The notes under the pieces were generated by a model, which saw only the letters and a program-made list of their open reading frames with translations, was not told where the DNA came from and did no database searches. The translations under genes and the position numbers were made by a program. Source: an uncultured Armatimonadia bacterium (GTDB lineage Bacteria > Armatimonadota > Zipacnadia > CAZGSV01). From it: a stretch of 64,000 bases of DNA. Within the stretch, counting starts at the first letter, position 1; each line of letters opens with the position of its first letter. Location of the stretch: contig CAZGSV010000009.1 in assembly GCA_964528605.1 (NCBI GenBank), positions 156 to 64,155 on the forward strand, read 5' to 3'. Positions 63,082-64,000 of this stretch are shown piece by piece.

Positions 63082-64000
63082 TTACCTCAGCCCCTGCTCG
63101 CTTAGCCAGCGCTCGCAATCCATCGCCGCCATGCAGCCGCAGCCGGCCGCCGTCACCGCCTGCCGATACTTGCTGTCGTGCACGTCCCCCGCGGCGAAGA
63201 CGCCCGGCACACTCGTGGCCGCGCCCTCGCCCCGCACCACGTAGCCCTTCTCGTCCAACTCCAACTGGCCGCGGAAGACCGCCGTGTTGGGCTCGTGCCC
63301 AATGGCCAGGAAAACGCCCTCGCACTTGCGCTCCGAGAGCGAGCCCTCCTTCACGTTCCGCAGCCGCACCCCCACCACCTTGCCCTGCGCCACGTCGAGA
63401 ATGTCCTCCACCACGCTGTTCCAGACGAACTCGATCTTCTCGTTGGCGAAGGCACGCTCTTGCAGAATCCTGGAGGCCCGTAGGGCATCGCGACGGTGCA
63501 CCACATAGACTCTCTCGGCGTAGCGTGTGAGAAAGATGGCTTCCTCCATGGCGCTGTCGCCGCCCCCGACCACCACCACTTCCTGTCCGCGGAAGAAAAA
63601 GCCGTCGCAGGTGGCGCACACGGAGACGCCGGCGCCGAGCAATTGCCGCTCGGAGTCGAGCCCCAGCATGCGGGCGGAGGCGCCGGTGGCGATGATGAGA
63701 GCGTGGGCCTCGAAGGTCTCGCCTTCGGCATCCACCACCAACGGCCGGCGCGACAGCTCCACGCCGGTGGCTTCCTTCATCAGTATCTCCGCGCCGAAGC
63801 GCTCCGCCTGCTCGCGCATTTGGCGCATGAGTTCCGGGCCTTCGATGCCCTCGCGGAAACCCGGGTAGTTCTCGACTTCACTGGTCAGCGTCAGTTGGCC
63901 GCCGGGCATCCGCCCGCCTATGACCAACGGTTGCAGCAGGCCCCGCCCGGTGTAAATGGCTGCGGTCAGCCCCGCCGGGCCCGAGCCACAGATGATGACT
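63082..64000 (-). CDS. trxB: Thioredoxin reductase (partial; N-terminus lies beyond the window end)
   Basis: CATCDGFFFRGQEVVVVGGGDSAMEEAIFLTRYA (redox CATC plus NADPH GxGxxA), FAAGDVHD. Upstream, in-frame sequence continues to the window edge, encoding the FAD GSGPAG motif. Confidence 0.85.
   Translation of the reverse strand, partial: VIICGSGPAGLTAAIYTGRGLLQPLVIGGRMPGGQLTLTSEVENYPGFREGIEGPELMRQMREQAERFGAEILMKEATGVELSRRPLVVDAEGETFEAHALIIATGASARMLGLDSERQLLGAGVSVCATCDGFFFRGQEVVVVGGGDSAMEEAIFLTRYAERVYVVHRRDALRASRILQERAFANEKIEFVWNSVVEDILDVAQGKVVGVRLRNVKEGSLSERKCEGVFLAIGHEPNTAVFRGQLELDEKGYVVRGEGAATSVPGVFAAGDVHDSKYRQAVTAAGCGCMAAMDCERWLSEQGLR

Overview
High-GC (~68-70%) bacterial chromosomal window. 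The TolB-like beta-propellers and a beta-barrel protein ending in ...AVIGF suggest a diderm MAG-type genome; phylum not assignable from sequence alone. Housekeeping genes, all on motif-level evidence: a partial nicotinamidase followed by archaeal-type nicotinate phosphoribosyltransferase (NAD salvage), an ABC exporter pair, tldD-pmbA, bL28, ftsY, rodA, hup, nadA, a glcD-glcE fusion plus glcF, a CoA-disulfide-reductase-like oxidoreductase, and trxB running off the 3' end of the window. The accessory regions are unusual. (i) A tightly coupled seven-gene minus-strand operon (33296-44213): beta-barrel protein, SRPBCC cyclase-like protein, a PocR-sensor / degenerate-GGDEF / full-length FabF-type ketoacyl-ACP synthase fusion, a 7TM-GAF histidine kinase, a Reg_prop beta-propeller protein and two TolB-like propellers. 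Several junctions are GTGA or 1-nt start-stop overlaps. This is the best candidate for an undescribed signalling/lipid-type system. (ii) A co-directional FHA / membrane-anchored NACHT-HEAT STAND NTPase / ceramidase-like hydrolase trio. (iii) A tRNA island: Leu-GAG, a degenerate tandem tRNA-Val array with pseudo-tRNA fragments, Val-CAC, Gly-CCC, Cys-GCA and Leu-TAA. Three orphan paralogous sugar-binding-protein genes are interleaved, and a small GIY-YIG gene sits between two copies of a 59-nt CCA-ended tRNA-like minihelix element preceded by an array of GTAGG-prefixed hairpins. (iv) An FGE-sulfatase-domain / BNR-sialidase-like fusion, a second BNR sialidase-like gene and a truncated Rhs YD-repeat fragment. 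(v) Two translationally coupled paralogs sharing an N-terminal domain, one fused to HEAT repeats and the other to HD-GYP. (vi) A Ppm1-like GT2 synthase convergently overlapping a GT-C glycosyltransferase. No CRISPR array, integrase or transposase was seen. All calls rest on motifs read directly from the translations; no database search was possible.
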